From: Phycisphaeraceae bacterium
Lineage (GTDB): Bacteria; Planctomycetota; Phycisphaerae; Phycisphaerales; Phycisphaeraceae
Direction: 5' to 3'
DNA: 64,000 nucleotides
NCBI GenBank assembly: GCA_963674705.1
Contig: OY771506.1
Coordinates: 5,475,118 to 5,539,117 of the forward strand
The translations under genes were made by a program, and so were the position numbers. Below the pieces are notes generated by a model. That model ran no database searches. It had not been told where the DNA came from and saw nothing but the letters and a program-made list of their open reading frames with translations. This document shows, piece after piece, positions 20,315-33,067 of the stretch. Numbering within the stretch: position 1 is the stretch's first letter; every line of letters starts with the position of its first letter.

Positions 20315-21664
20315 GTGAAAACGCAACGATATACCAGCACGTTAGCGTGCCTGGCAGCCCTGACTCTGATCCTGTTATCGGCCGAAGCCACCTGCGCGAA
20401 TGGCGAAAAACTGATGGGCATCCATTGGTGGGATTACGGCGGGGCTGGACAGGTCGGTGACGGACCCGATGGCGGATGGGATCTTGAAACCATCATCACC
20501 CACTCAGACCCCTGGTGGCAGGCCCCCTACTTCGCGCCGTTGTATTCGGAGTTAGTCGACAATCACAGCGTCTCAATGATCACCCGCATTGATTACAACT
20601 GGGGCGAAACCGTCCCCGCGCCGACCAATCCCGACGCCGTGACCTGGCATCAGACCATTATCAATGATGTGATCGGTTCACTCGGTGACAATGCGCATAT
20701 CTGGATCATCGGAAACGAACCGAACATCATTGGAGAAGGCAATAACTGGGTCGACAATAAGGTCACGCCCGCAGGTTATGCTCAGATCTATAACCAGGTG
20801 CGGTCTGCGATCAAGGCGATTAGACCAGATGATGAGGTGCTGCTTGCTCCGGTCAGCCCCGGTGGCGTCATCGCCGGTGTGCGATGGATGGATGGCAATC
20901 AATGGCTATCAGAAACAATCCAAGAAGTGATGGCGATCCCAGGCGCAGACATCGACGGCTTTGCGATCCACGCCTACGGCGGACAGACGACCGCCACAGC
21001 CGCTGCCAGTCAGTTCCGCAACAGCTACGCCGAGCAACTTGGCGTCATTGATAATGCGGGCTTCGAAGATACACCGGTCTATCTCACTGAATGGAACCGT
21101 TACACAAGTATCGCGGGAGATCCAACAGTCACTGAGGCCATTTCTGCAGAATTCCTGCGGCTTGCCGTTCAGGGTGTTGATGAATGGAACAAAACGGATG
21201 GTAAACACAACATCAAGGCTTTGACTTGGTTCGTCGGGAACAAAGATTATGGCGGCTGGGACGAGTATTCGCTGGAATACTGGCGAACTCATGGCAATCC
21301 CGAGGGCACGCCGGGCGATCTCTGGACCGCGATGATGGACAGCATGCAATACAGCGCCGGTATCACCGGGACGTACCACACACCTCAGCACGGCGATGCC
21401 GATGGCGACTTCGATGTCGATCTGGATGACTATAACATCCTTGCTTTGAACTGGGGCACAACCACCACATTCGGCGCCGCCGCGGGTGACTTCGATAATA
21501 ACGGACTTGTCGAAAACTATGATTACCGGATTCTGAAAGCATTCTTCGGCACGGGTGTCGAAGATCAAAGCCTGCAGCTACCGGCGATGATCCCGGAGCC
21601 GGGTACACTTACCGCAATGTCGTTCATCCTCACATTTATGCAACGCTGGCGTACCGCACGCTGA
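20315..21664 (+). CDS. PEP-CTERM-anchored clan GH-A hydrolase with dockerin-like domain
   Basis: Signal peptide, WIIGNEPN, FAIHAYG, PVYLTEWN, GDADGDFDVDLDDY / GDFDNNGLV, IPEPG + hydrophobic tail + basic end. Confidence 0.8.
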   Translation: MKTQRYTSTLACLAALTLILLSAEATCANGEKLMGIHWWDYGGAGQVGDGPDGGWDLETIITHSDPWWQAPYFAPLYSELVDNHSVSMITRIDYNWGETVPAPTNPDAVTWHQTIINDVIGSLGDNAHIWIIGNEPNIIGEGNNWVDNKVTPAGYAQIYNQVRSAIKAIRPDDEVLLAPVSPGGVIAGVRWMDGNQWLSETIQEVMAIPGADIDGFAIHAYGGQTTATAAASQFRNSYAEQLGVIDNAGFEDTPVYLTEWNRYTSIAGDPTVTEAISAEFLRLAVQGVDEWNKTDGKHNIKALTWFVGNKDYGGWDEYSLEYWRTHGNPEGTPGDLWTAMMDSMQYSAGITGTYHTPQHGDADGDFDVDLDDYNILALNWGTTTTFGAAAGDFDNNGLVENYDYRILKAFFGTGVEDQSLQLPAMIPEPGTLTAMSFILTFMQRWRTAR

Positions 21665-21681
21665 AGATAAGAGAAAATTCC

Positions 21682-22776
21682 ATGAATCAATCTAATGGTT
21701 TGTTCTGCCACCTTGGTAACATCCATCAACTGTCCAAAGCCAAGTCGCGCTCGATCAGTGCCGAAAATCCCACCGGCGAAAAAGGCAAAGGCGCGATGTG
21801 TGAGTTGGGTGAAGGCATCAGCTCCAACTCCGCTGTCGACCTTGGCAAAGGCTGGAAGGTCAATCCCGCAATCAGGATTGAGCCCGGCGAAACGAAAACC
21901 ATCGCCGATATCTCAGGCCCCGGCGCCATTCAACAGATCTGGATGACGCCAACCTATCACTTCCGCTTCATGATCCTGCGCATCTACTGGGACGATCAGC
22001 AGCAGCCCAGCGTCGAATGCCCGATCGGCGACTTCTTCGCTTGTGGCTGGAATGAATTCGCACAAGTCAGTTCGTTGGCGGTCTGCGTGAATCCGGGCAG
22101 CGCGTTCAATTGCTACTGGCCCATGCCTTTCCACAAAAAGTGCAGGATGACCGTCGAAAACATCGGCCACGAATTCTCGATCCTGTATTATCAGATCAAC
22201 TATGCGCTCAACGATGTACCGGAAGATGCCGCATACTTCCACGCACAGTTCCGCCGCGTTAATCCCCTGCCTTACAAAGATGTTTACACCATCGTCGACG
22301 GCATCAAAGGGCAGGGTCAGTACGTCGGAACGTACATGGCATGGGGTGTGAATAACAACGGCTGGTGGGGTGAGGGTGAGATCAAGTTCTACATGGACGG
22401 TGACGGCGAATTCCCCACCATCTGCGGCACCGGCACGGAAGATTACTTCTGTGGTTCGTACAACTTCGAGAACCAGAAGACACATCAATACCAGGAATTC
22501 ACCACGCCTTATGCAGGCATGCCGCAGGTTATACGACCTGACGGCGTATACAGAGCGCAGCAGCGTTTCGGTTTGTACCGTTGGCATATTACCGACCCGA
22601 TACGCTTCGAAAGTGATCTGCGCGTCACGATCCAGGCATTGGGTTGGCGCACCAACGGTTACCAGCGTTACCTGCCGCTTCAGGACGACATCGCTTCAGT
22701 AGCGTTCTGGTATCAGACGCTACCCACAGTCACGTTCCCCGAGCTGCCGCACCGCGATCAGCTCGAAGTCATCTGA
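21682..22776 (+). CDS. GH172 (DUF2961) alpha-D-arabinofuranosidase / alpha-D-fructofuranosidase-like enzyme
   Basis: RSISAENPTGEKGKG, GPGAIQQIWMT, WWGEGEIKFYMDGD, ICGTGTEDYFCG, YRWHITDPI. Confidence 0.9.
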   Translation: MNQSNGLFCHLGNIHQLSKAKSRSISAENPTGEKGKGAMCELGEGISSNSAVDLGKGWKVNPAIRIEPGETKTIADISGPGAIQQIWMTPTYHFRFMILRIYWDDQQQPSVECPIGDFFACGWNEFAQVSSLAVCVNPGSAFNCYWPMPFHKKCRMTVENIGHEFSILYYQINYALNDVPEDAAYFHAQFRRVNPLPYKDVYTIVDGIKGQGQYVGTYMAWGVNNNGWWGEGEIKFYMDGDGEFPTICGTGTEDYFCGSYNFENQKTHQYQEFTTPYAGMPQVIRPDGVYRAQQRFGLYRWHITDPIRFESDLRVTIQALGWRTNGYQRYLPLQDDIASVAFWYQTLPTVTFPELPHRDQLEVI

Positions 22777-22807
22777 ACCGTTTTATGGTTTTTGGGCAGG
22801 AGATGTT

Positions 22808-23611
22808 ATGTCAGTCACAATTGAAGAGTCGGAGAAGTTAGCCTACGACAGGCAAGGCTATTACATGGTCGACAAACCCGTGCTGCCGCGAGAGGATGTC
22901 GACGCAGCGGTCAAAGGCATGGATGCTGTGCGAAACGGCGAGTACGAAACCGGTGATTCGCCGGCCCCCTCGCCTTGGAATCCGGGCGACGATCCGAAAA
23001 AACTCTGCAAAATCGAAATGCCACAGATCAGCGATCTTTCGATCCGCAAACTCATCAGCAGTCCGATCCTCGGCGAATGGGCCGCGAAAATCACGGGGGC
23101 GAAGATGATCCAGGTATGGTGGGTGCAACTGCTTTACAAGCCGTCACTCCCCGAAGGCGCGCCAACCCCGACGAACGTCGGCTGGCATCAGGATATGCAG
23201 TACTGGGTTGAATGGCAGACGGACAGTGAGTTGTTCACCGCTTGGGTTGCTCTATCCGACGTGTCCGAAGAAGCGGGCCCGATGATTTTCGTGCCCGGCT
23301 CTCACAAATGGGGCATGACCGAAGGCGGCGACTTCTTCGATCAGAACATCGACGCACAGAAAAGTGCATACAAGATTCCCGAAGGTGAATCATGGACCGA
23401 GGTCAAGGATGTGCTGCCGGCAGGCGGTTTCAGTTTCCACCATTGCCACACGGTTCACGGCAGCGGCGCAAACCACAGTGGCGGCCCGCGACGCAGTTTC
23501 GCGATCCACCTGCGCACTGAGAACTCGACACTCAATCCGGATAAAGAGCGTATCCTGACCCGATTCATCGATGATGAAACGCTGTGCCCTGTGATTTACG
23601 GCAAACGTTAA
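22808..23611 (+). CDS. PhyH-family Fe(II)/2-oxoglutarate dioxygenase
   Basis: GWHQD (HxD), TAWVAL, FVPGSHKW, HGSGAN.S..PRR. Confidence 0.88.
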   Translation: MSVTIEESEKLAYDRQGYYMVDKPVLPREDVDAAVKGMDAVRNGEYETGDSPAPSPWNPGDDPKKLCKIEMPQISDLSIRKLISSPILGEWAAKITGAKMIQVWWVQLLYKPSLPEGAPTPTNVGWHQDMQYWVEWQTDSELFTAWVALSDVSEEAGPMIFVPGSHKWGMTEGGDFFDQNIDAQKSAYKIPEGESWTEVKDVLPAGGFSFHHCHTVHGSGANHSGGPRRSFAIHLRTENSTLNPDKERILTRFIDDETLCPVIYGKR

Positions 23612-23644
23612 GGCAATGATTGAGAAGGTAGAATAAAGAGCACA

Positions 23645-25355
<1,711 letters not shown>

Positions 25356-25523
25356 CTGCAATACCACAATTACCCGCCTTACCATGAAGCGTCTTGCGGC
25401 TCAGCGAATAATACGGAAAACCCTCAGTTATAAGCACCGATTTAGACAGATTGTTAATAAAACACGTGAATTGATCACAACCCGTGTGGTAAACTCGTAA
25501 AGTCCGGCCGCACACTTGGGAGA

Positions 25524-27059
25524 TTGAAGATGTATCCTGCCAACGGCATTCGTACCTGGGCCCGGTCTCTGCTTGTTTTTACGTTGGTTATCTGCACGAG
25601 TCTTTGCATAAGCAGCGTGAAAGCCGACACGTTCCACGGGATGAACGCCGGCGCGGTCGTCTGGAACGGCTCTATCGAACTCACGCCGGAAAAAGCCAAC
25701 GCTATCGCCGCCACAGGCACCAACGCGATACGCATCAACTTCCGTATCGACTGGCAGGCTGGGCATACCGGCTGGGATAGCGCTCTACTCACACAGTACG
25801 ACCAGATCATCGCCAACGCCACCAATGCCGGGCTCGAAGTGCTCGGTCTGTGGTCCAACGAAACCGTGTATGCCAACCAGGCAACCTGGAACGACGATCC
25901 GACCGGCACGGGCATGAACGCCTACGTGGGCATGTTCTCGCAGAACGCGCTTCTGCTTGCAGATCGTTACAAAGACACGATCAAGACATGGGAAGTCACT
26001 AACGAGCCCAACGCATGGGCTTTCGCCGATCCGGCATACAGCGATCCGAAAACCGTCGGCGGAACGTACATTCTCCCCTCCGTCTACGCCAACATCCTTG
26101 CTGAGACCTACAAAGAACTGAACTACTACGACGGCCGAAGCATCCTTGATGACAATGGCATCCGTCTGATGACCGGCGGCTTGCTCGCACACGACATCGG
26201 TGGCGGTTTTTCCACCGCCATGCCCTACATGCAGCAGGTCTACAACCAGGACCAGGTCTGGGACGACTTCCTGGCGGATACCGGCCGACAATACGCGTGG
26301 GACCTGTTCGGCTATCACTTCTACATCAGCCAGGGCAGCCTGTTAACCGAAACGCAATTGAATAACTACTTCAACGCTGTGCGCAATACGCAAACAGCCA
26401 ATGGCGACTCGAGCGATATCTCCGTTACCGAATGGGGCTGGCAAACCGTCGGCACCAATACCCAGGAATTGCAACGCGACAACATGGCGACCGGCTACGA
26501 CGTAATGGAAAGTAAAAGTTATATCGATAGCACCTATTGGTATCAGTGGGTCGATGAGTCAGCAGGCAACTGGGGTGTAAACACGATCAGCGGCACCCCC
26601 AAACTCTCCTACTATGAATTCAGCGACCGTAACACCGCCGGCCCCGAACTTCCCGGCGACTTCGACCTGGACGGCTTCCTCGATGCTGACGATATCGACC
26701 TGCTCTTTGCGAACCTGGGCAATCCTTCCTACGACCTGAACAACGACGGCAATGCTGATACGTTCGATGTGCGTTACCTTGTGCGTACCCTGATGAATAC
26801 CGAGTACGGAGATGCCGACCTCGACGGCGATGTGGATATCCAGGATTACAACCTCATCGCCTTGGGTTATGGCGACAGCGGGGGCTGGGCAAACGGGGAC
26901 TTCTCCGGCAACGGGGCTGTAAACAGCTCGGACCTGACCATCCTGAAAATTTTCTTCGGTTTCCAGTCCACAACCCCGAGTTTGGCAATACCCGAACCCG
27001 CCTCGATCGTTATACTTTCAACGATCACGTTGCTCGCGAGCAGGTCGCGGCAACACTAA
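25524..27059 (+). CDS. PEP-CTERM-anchored clan GH-A (GH5-like) hydrolase with dockerin-like repeats
   Basis: Signal peptide, WEVTNEPN, FGYHFY, SVTEWGW, four DxDxDG-type repeats, IPEPASIVIL...RSRQH. Confidence 0.8.
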   Translation: MKMYPANGIRTWARSLLVFTLVICTSLCISSVKADTFHGMNAGAVVWNGSIELTPEKANAIAATGTNAIRINFRIDWQAGHTGWDSALLTQYDQIIANATNAGLEVLGLWSNETVYANQATWNDDPTGTGMNAYVGMFSQNALLLADRYKDTIKTWEVTNEPNAWAFADPAYSDPKTVGGTYILPSVYANILAETYKELNYYDGRSILDDNGIRLMTGGLLAHDIGGGFSTAMPYMQQVYNQDQVWDDFLADTGRQYAWDLFGYHFYISQGSLLTETQLNNYFNAVRNTQTANGDSSDISVTEWGWQTVGTNTQELQRDNMATGYDVMESKSYIDSTYWYQWVDESAGNWGVNTISGTPKLSYYEFSDRNTAGPELPGDFDLDGFLDADDIDLLFANLGNPSYDLNNDGNADTFDVRYLVRTLMNTEYGDADLDGDVDIQDYNLIALGYGDSGGWANGDFSGNGAVNSSDLTILKIFFGFQSTTPSLAIPEPASIVILSTITLLASRSRQH

Positions 27060-27097
27060 GCCCACCCGTTTCACCCAATAATTTAAGAACGCATACG

Positions 27098-28558
27098 ATG
27101 ACAGCCAACGATGCCAACACACGTGGCGCGATCGCGCACATCCAATCCTCTGATAAAAACAAACAACTGGAAGGCACATTCCCTCGAGCGATCAACGTCA
27201 CGTTCGTCGGCGCCGGTTCCATGTTCTGCCCGATCCTGGCACGCGATATATTTCTGACACCCGGCGCTGAATCCGGCGAGATCCGGCTGATCGATGTCGA
27301 CGCAAAACGCCTGTCTACCGTCCACACGATTATCGAACAATTGCTCGAACCAACCGGCCGGGCCGGGAAGTGGACCGTCAAGTCATCGACTAACCGTGAA
27401 GAACTCTTGCCCGGCTCCGACTACGTCATCTGCAGCGTCGAGGTCTCGGGCCTGCAATGTGTCGGCTGGGACAACGACATCCCGCTCAAGTATGGCATCG
27501 ACCAATGCATCGGCGACACGATCGGCCCGGGTGGTTTATTCAAAGGCCTGCGAACTATTCCCGTGTTCCTCGACATTCTTCGAGACATGCAGCGGCTCTG
27601 CCCCAAGGCGTTGATGCTCAACTACACGAACCCGATGAACATGATGTGCCTCGCTGCGGGCCGGGCCGTGCCGGATGTCTCGGTGATCGGGCTCTGCCAC
27701 TCCGTGCAAGGCTCAAGCAAACAGATGGCGGACCGCGTCGGCATCGACATCAAGGACATCGACTGGGAATGTGCCGGCATCAACCACCTGGCATGGTTTA
27801 CGAAGTTTGAACATCAAGGCAAAGACCTCTACCCGCGTCTCATGGCTCAAGCTTACGCCGAAGTCTACGGAAACAAGGAAGACTCCGACAACGCCAACGC
27901 AAATGACATCGGCAAAGACCTCGTCCGAAAGGACATGATGCTGCACTTCGGCGCATTCATCACCGAAAGCTCCGGACACCTGTCTGAATACCTGCCCTAC
28001 TACCGCAAATCCGAAGCAGGCAAGCGCTACCTCGGAGACGGTTACTTCGGCGGGTCTCGTTTCTATGCCAGCAACTGGCCGACCTGGCGCGCCGACAGTG
28101 AAAAAGTCCGCGAGAAGATGGTGCGTGGCGAGGATCAATTCGATTTGAATCGTTCGTGGGAACACGCCTCGTGGATTATCGAAGCACGTGAAAAGAACAA
28201 CCCGATGATCGTGCACGGCAATGTGATGAACGTCGACACACGACGCGACGATAAACGCCCGTTGATCATCAACGTGCCGAATGACGGCTGCGTCGAAGTC
28301 GCCTGCACAATCGATGAACGCGGATTCACCCCACAACACTACGGCAAACTGCCGCCACAGATGGCGCACACCTGCGCGAGCAACATGGCCATGTTCGACC
28401 TCGCCGCCGAGGCGGTAATCCATCGCAGCAAAGAAGCCGCGATCCACGCCCTGCTGCTGGACCCACTGACCTCCGCGATACTCACCCCGGCCGAGATCAA
28501 GCAGATGACACTCGAAATGTTCGAGGCGGAGAAGGATTACCTGCCGGAATACCGTTAA
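27098..28558 (+). CDS. GH4 NAD+-dependent alpha-galactosidase/glucosidase
   Basis: FVGAGS, IGDTIGPGG, LNYTNPM, GLCHS, AGINH, TESSGH.SEY. Confidence 0.92.
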   Translation: MTANDANTRGAIAHIQSSDKNKQLEGTFPRAINVTFVGAGSMFCPILARDIFLTPGAESGEIRLIDVDAKRLSTVHTIIEQLLEPTGRAGKWTVKSSTNREELLPGSDYVICSVEVSGLQCVGWDNDIPLKYGIDQCIGDTIGPGGLFKGLRTIPVFLDILRDMQRLCPKALMLNYTNPMNMMCLAAGRAVPDVSVIGLCHSVQGSSKQMADRVGIDIKDIDWECAGINHLAWFTKFEHQGKDLYPRLMAQAYAEVYGNKEDSDNANANDIGKDLVRKDMMLHFGAFITESSGHLSEYLPYYRKSEAGKRYLGDGYFGGSRFYASNWPTWRADSEKVREKMVRGEDQFDLNRSWEHASWIIEAREKNNPMIVHGNVMNVDTRRDDKRPLIINVPNDGCVEVACTIDERGFTPQHYGKLPPQMAHTCASNMAMFDLAAEAVIHRSKEAAIHALLLDPLTSAILTPAEIKQMTLEMFEAEKDYLPEYR

Positions 28559-28632
28559 CCGCGGCAACCATCTTCAATCGAATCCCAAAGCCGATTACGG
28601 CTTAGCGCTATCATTGTCTTAACAGTCAATTG

Positions 28633-29718
28633 TTATCCCGCGCACCGACACCCCGACGCCGCACCACAACCCATCATCACCCGCACCTTGCCTCGGATCG
28701 TTTGCTCTGCACCCTTCACGCTCAACACATCACACTCTGTCCCGAGGATGTAAGGCCTACCAACCTCAGCCATCTTTGCGACCAGTTCCGACGACATCGC
28801 CGCAACCTGCTCAGGTGACACCGCATCGTCACTGTAGAAACGCTTGGAAGGGAGGTTGCCATACATGACGATGTCGTCGGGCAATAGCTTGGAATCTTCC
28901 CACAGAACGCGCGAGCTACCCAGGCTGATGATCGCCGGATCCAATTCGCCAAATCGGCGTACCATGTCATCCGTCAGTTCGCCACAGTTGTGGAAGATCA
29001 AATCAACATCATGTTTATCCAGCAGTGCTTTCAAACGTTTGTTCGTCTGCATGACATAACGTTCAAACGTATCTGCACCCGCTTCAAGTTGTTTCGGAGA
29101 CAGGTAATGAATGTTTGCTGCGGGTTCACAGACGACGATCGCCTTGGCCCCGGCCTCGATTTGCATCTGGACATAAGCCAAGATCACCTTTTCACCCAGT
29201 GACAACACCGACTCGAACAGCGCCACATCCGGATCGTCTTCTGCTGTGCTGCCCGCACCCGCCATGAACACCGGCATGATTGGGTCGGCCAAGAGCTTGG
29301 TCACGAACGAGAACGGCCCGATACACATCCCGATCGGAACCAATCCATTAATCCCAGCAACGTATCGGATGCCATCACATGTCGCTCGCATGCGTACAGT
29401 CGGACTCCGAGTAATTTGAGCCATCACACGTGTCAGCGTCTGGCTGTCCACCGGCTTATCGATGTGGTAGGTTTCATGCGCATCAGCATCGGCGCCGAGC
29501 GCAAGCGCTAACGCCTCTTTCTCCACCCGCAGATCCATTAAAGGCACAGCCAGAGGCGAGCGCCAACGTCTTGCTGAATCAGCCACCACCTTGCCCAACG
29601 CTTCACCATCATTCAGTACCGCCTCGGGATCGACACATTCCTGCAAAACCAGGTCCGTACCGATCGGCATCACCAGGCCTTGCTTCGCTAATTCGATGTA
29701 GTACAGGCGCTCGGACAT
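28633..29718 (-). CDS. URO-D-fold methylcobamide methyltransferase (MtaA/CmuA-like) with H-x-C...C zinc motif
   Basis: GPFS, QIEAGAKAIVVCEPAA, IFHNCG, YGNL, ILGTECDV. Confidence 0.8.
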   Translation of the reverse strand: MSERLYYIELAKQGLVMPIGTDLVLQECVDPEAVLNDGEALGKVVADSARRWRSPLAVPLMDLRVEKEALALALGADADAHETYHIDKPVDSQTLTRVMAQITRSPTVRMRATCDGIRYVAGINGLVPIGMCIGPFSFVTKLLADPIMPVFMAGAGSTAEDDPDVALFESVLSLGEKVILAYVQMQIEAGAKAIVVCEPAANIHYLSPKQLEAGADTFERYVMQTNKRLKALLDKHDVDLIFHNCGELTDDMVRRFGELDPAIISLGSSRVLWEDSKLLPDDIVMYGNLPSKRFYSDDAVSPEQVAAMSSELVAKMAEVGRPYILGTECDVLSVKGAEQTIRGKVRVMMGCGAASGCRCAG

Positions 29719-29778
29719 TACTACCCCCTTTGTGTGGGTAAGAAGTAAAATAATTCAATTAACCGGACAAGCTCGGTG

Positions 29779-30405
29779 TTAACCCGCGATCAATTCACGG
29801 GCCTTGTCCACCGCCGTTACCGCGTCGGCCGCATAACCATCAGCGCCGATTTCGTCGGCGTATGCTTGCGTCACCGGCGCGCCGCCGACGATGATCTTCA
29901 CATCGTTCAATCCGGCAGCACGGATCGCTTCGACCGTTTCTTTCATTGCGGGCATCGTCGTTGTTAACAACGCCGACAGGCCGACAACCTTCGCGCCGCT
30001 TTCCTGGATCGCCTTGACAAAGTCCTGAGGCGACACGTTCGTGCCGGCATCGTGCACCTGGATGTTCGCGCCTTTCCACATCATCGCAACAAGGTTCTTG
30101 CCGATGTCGTGAAGGTCGCCCTTGACCGTGCCGATCACCATCGTCGCCTCAGGCTTCACGCCGCCTTCGATAAGACTCGGCTCGAGCACATCCATTGCTT
30201 CCTTCATCGCACGCGCCGCGATCAGAACCTCCGGCACGAAGACCTCGTTGGCCTTCCAGCGCCGGCCGATCTCTTCCATCCCGGCGATCAACGCGTCCAG
30301 AACCGTGCTCGGTTCAGTCCCGGCTTCCAGCGCAGCGGTCGTGCCGGCGACCGCATCATTACGTTTGCCGTTTACCACAGCCTGGGTCAGTTCGCTCAAA
30401 TCCAT
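29779..30405 (-). CDS. Stand-alone corrinoid (B12-binding) protein
   Basis: Cap domain GMEEIGRRW...VFVPEVLIAARAM; B12 motif GTVKGDLHDIGKNLV...GLSALLTTT...VGGAP. Confidence 0.95.
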   Translation of the reverse strand: MDLSELTQAVVNGKRNDAVAGTTAALEAGTEPSTVLDALIAGMEEIGRRWKANEVFVPEVLIAARAMKEAMDVLEPSLIEGGVKPEATMVIGTVKGDLHDIGKNLVAMMWKGANIQVHDAGTNVSPQDFVKAIQESGAKVVGLSALLTTTMPAMKETVEAIRAAGLNDVKIIVGGAPVTQAYADEIGADGYAADAVTAVDKARELIAG

Positions 30406-30569
30406 CCATAAGCTCCTTGATTTCGGACACTGCGGTCCCGTGAATAATCTACACGACCCTCGTGATATGTCTACACAAAAAGGCTATCCTAGAATGGTAA
30501 TTTTGTGCTTATTGGGTGTGTAAAATGGGTTATTTGGACTTATTCCCGGCTTTTATGCGAATATTGTGC

Positions 30570-31736
30570 TCATACAGCCTTGGCCATGCTGTCACGATAG
30601 GCCTTGGGCGTCCGGGCGTGGTGATTCTGAAATACCTTGCTGAAGTAGCTCGGGTCCGTGTAGGCCACCGCACGCCCCACCGCCGCGATCGACAGGTCCG
30701 TCGTCAGCAATAGCTCCGCCGCAGTTTCCATCCGCATCCGCATCAGCGTCTCGCGGAAGCCTCGGCCGACATGCTTTTTAAACAGCCTCGAAAAGTGCGA
30801 AGGCGAAACACACATCGCCGACGCCACATCATCGCGTCCGATGTCTTCCGCCAGATGCCGCCGCATGTAATCCAACGCATCAGACATCACGATGTGGTCC
30901 GCATCCGCGCGATGCCGGGCAAGTGTATCCATCACACGCTCAAGCATCGCGTGTAACCATGGCGCAAGCTCTTCCATCGAACGGATCTGCGACAGTTCGG
31001 TCATCCGGTTGTAGCTTTCACCAAGCAGTTCATCCGGGTCGCCCCCCGCTTCGACGGCCGTACGGCAAACGCTCGTGACCAATTCCATGAAGTAGCTCTT
31101 AATCAGGTCGAATCGATCACTCGCTCGCTCCATGATGACGAGCAATATCCGGTCGAGCGTTTCGCGTGCTTCCCGTCGATCACCCTTGCGGATCGCGGCG
31201 ACCAGCTCCGGCTCTTCACGCAGGTACAACTGTCGGATACCCGCGGAGCCTTCCATCTTCATCGAGTGGATCGCCTGTGCGCGTTCCTGCTCGCGCATCG
31301 ATGCGTGCCGACGGGCTTCGAGCAGTGCTGCATTCGTCAGGTTTTCTGTTTCAAGCAGTTCACGCAGCGTTCGACAGGCGGCGCGCATATCGATCGATGC
31401 GATGTTGCTGTCGTTGGGGAACAGGTCATCCACGCTGATCGCCGCGACAAGTGCGCCATACGTCACCGCGTTATGCATGAACGGGCAGCTCCAGTACAGC
31501 CGATCACCTGAGCCGTAAGCGACTGTTGGTTCGCCCAGACGCAGCGCCTGCGTGATCGTAAACGCAAGCACTTTTTGCCGGTCGCTGTTATCCGAACCGC
31601 GCCACCAGCCATGCGAAAACAGACGCTTGCCATCCAGATCGATCGCAGCGACACCGACGGGCCAACGCCGACGGTACGCATCCGCCAGCCGATTAAACGT
31701 TGCTCGGTCGATCCCGGGTGTCACGTCACGATCCAT
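30570..31736 (-). CDS. AraC-family regulator with PocR-like N-terminal sensor
   Basis: N-terminal GVAAIDLDG...ALRLGEP....LYWSCP; C-terminal SPSHFSRLFK...DPSYFSKVF...TPKAYR. Confidence 0.85.
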   Translation of the reverse strand: MDRDVTPGIDRATFNRLADAYRRRWPVGVAAIDLDGKRLFSHGWWRGSDNSDRQKVLAFTITQALRLGEPTVAYGSGDRLYWSCPFMHNAVTYGALVAAISVDDLFPNDSNIASIDMRAACRTLRELLETENLTNAALLEARRHASMREQERAQAIHSMKMEGSAGIRQLYLREEPELVAAIRKGDRREARETLDRILLVIMERASDRFDLIKSYFMELVTSVCRTAVEAGGDPDELLGESYNRMTELSQIRSMEELAPWLHAMLERVMDTLARHRADADHIVMSDALDYMRRHLAEDIGRDDVASAMCVSPSHFSRLFKKHVGRGFRETLMRMRMETAAELLLTTDLSIAAVGRAVAYTDPSYFSKVFQNHHARTPKAYRDSMAKAV

Positions 31737-31756
31737 CCATTCAGTGTATCTGTTTG

Positions 31757-33067
31757 TCAGCTCATTGCCGAAGCGATGGCTTTGCGTGTGCCTTCAATAT
31801 CAAAACAATCCCGCTGGTTTTCCAGCATAAACCGACCCGCGATCTCGATCGCCTCGGTTTCGCTGATCGCACCGTCCGCAACTTCCGCTTCCAGTGCCCG
31901 CGAGAGCCCGGCCCTCGCCTGCAAGGCATACGCATACGACGCGGTGGGCCAGAACATGTCGCCACCGAATATAAACACGCGGTTCGTCGGCACTGCATGG
32001 ATCAGCTTCCGCACACATTGCCTGGCGGAGTATGGATCAATGCTCCAGGCCCAGCAGAAGTCCACCCACACATTCAGAAAGTGCTTGCCCATCGCAACCA
32101 TCTCGTCTTCGTAGGGGTACCCCAGGTGCATCAGCACGAAACGAGCTTCCATGAACTCAAGCAGTAACGGACAAAGATGCCCGGGCTTGATCCGATTCAC
32201 AATCATGTGGCTGTTGCCCGCATAGTATCCGGTATGAATCTTCACCGGCAGGTTGTGCTTGATCGCCTGCTCAATCCCTCGCGCCAGGCACCAATCCCCC
32301 AGGCACAGCTTCTCGTTCACTTCCAACACATGGCCGGCAAGCATCTTTGTAAGTACCTGCCCCGCATCCACGTCCGTGCGTTTCTCATATCGCAACGTCC
32401 GCTCGTATGCATGCTGACTCTTCAGCGCGATCGCCATCGGCCCGTACTTATCGAATATCGCTTCTATCGCATCACGCAGCGAATCAATATCCTTGACCTC
32501 GATGCCCGAGTCTTGCGACACTTGCTCCGGCTTGAATATCGCTTTGGACATTTCATGCCAGTTGATGTCGTTCAAGACAAACATCGGCTCAGAAGCATCC
32601 GGCTCAACCTTCCTTACGAAGTCATCCACCTGCACGTGATCCAGGTCGGCCATATCACGCAAAAGCGTGAAGTATCCACCGGGCTTGAGGAGTTCATCTT
32701 GGATCGAAGCGGCTCTTTCAATCGCGTCGACGGTGATCTCATCAATCTCATAGACATGCTGCGCGATCAGACGGACCGCTTCGCCGTAGCCTGTGTGTCG
32801 GCAAAAACGCCAGTATGGCTCGATCGGTTTAAACCGTTCCGACATACTGCCAGCCTTGGGATCGATCAGTTTGTCCAACTGTGCCAGGTTCGCCCCGGCT
32901 GTCCGCAGGTCCGCCAGCACATAGTTATCAAACAGGCATCGCAAAACATCCGGTCGCTCGGTGAGCCAGTCCCGCTCCGTACGCAGATGCTCGTGACTGT
33001 CGATCATCGGCGATTCTTGGATAAACACTTGCAGATCAGTCGTACTCATAACGTGTATCTCACTCAA
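31757..33067 (-). CDS. Amidohydrolase-superfamily protein
   Basis: IDSHEH, KIHTG, LMHLGYPY, FGGD. Confidence 0.85.
   Translation of the reverse strand: MSEIHVMSTTDLQVFIQESPMIDSHEHLRTERDWLTERPDVLRCLFDNYVLADLRTAGANLAQLDKLIDPKAGSMSERFKPIEPYWRFCRHTGYGEAVRLIAQHVYEIDEITVDAIERAASIQDELLKPGGYFTLLRDMADLDHVQVDDFVRKVEPDASEPMFVLNDINWHEMSKAIFKPEQVSQDSGIEVKDIDSLRDAIEAIFDKYGPMAIALKSQHAYERTLRYEKRTDVDAGQVLTKMLAGHVLEVNEKLCLGDWCLARGIEQAIKHNLPVKIHTGYYAGNSHMIVNRIKPGHLCPLLLEFMEARFVLMHLGYPYEDEMVAMGKHFLNVWVDFCWAWSIDPYSARQCVRKLIHAVPTNRVFIFGGDMFWPTASYAYALQARAGLSRALEAEVADGAISETEAIEIAGRFMLENQRDCFDIEGTRKAIASAMS

Noticed and set aside
30406..30569. Cobalamin riboswitch upstream of the corrinoid genes (36613-36778 also checked)
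   Set aside because: No B12-box or GGGAA...GCCACTG-type consensus is visible, and the regions are short.
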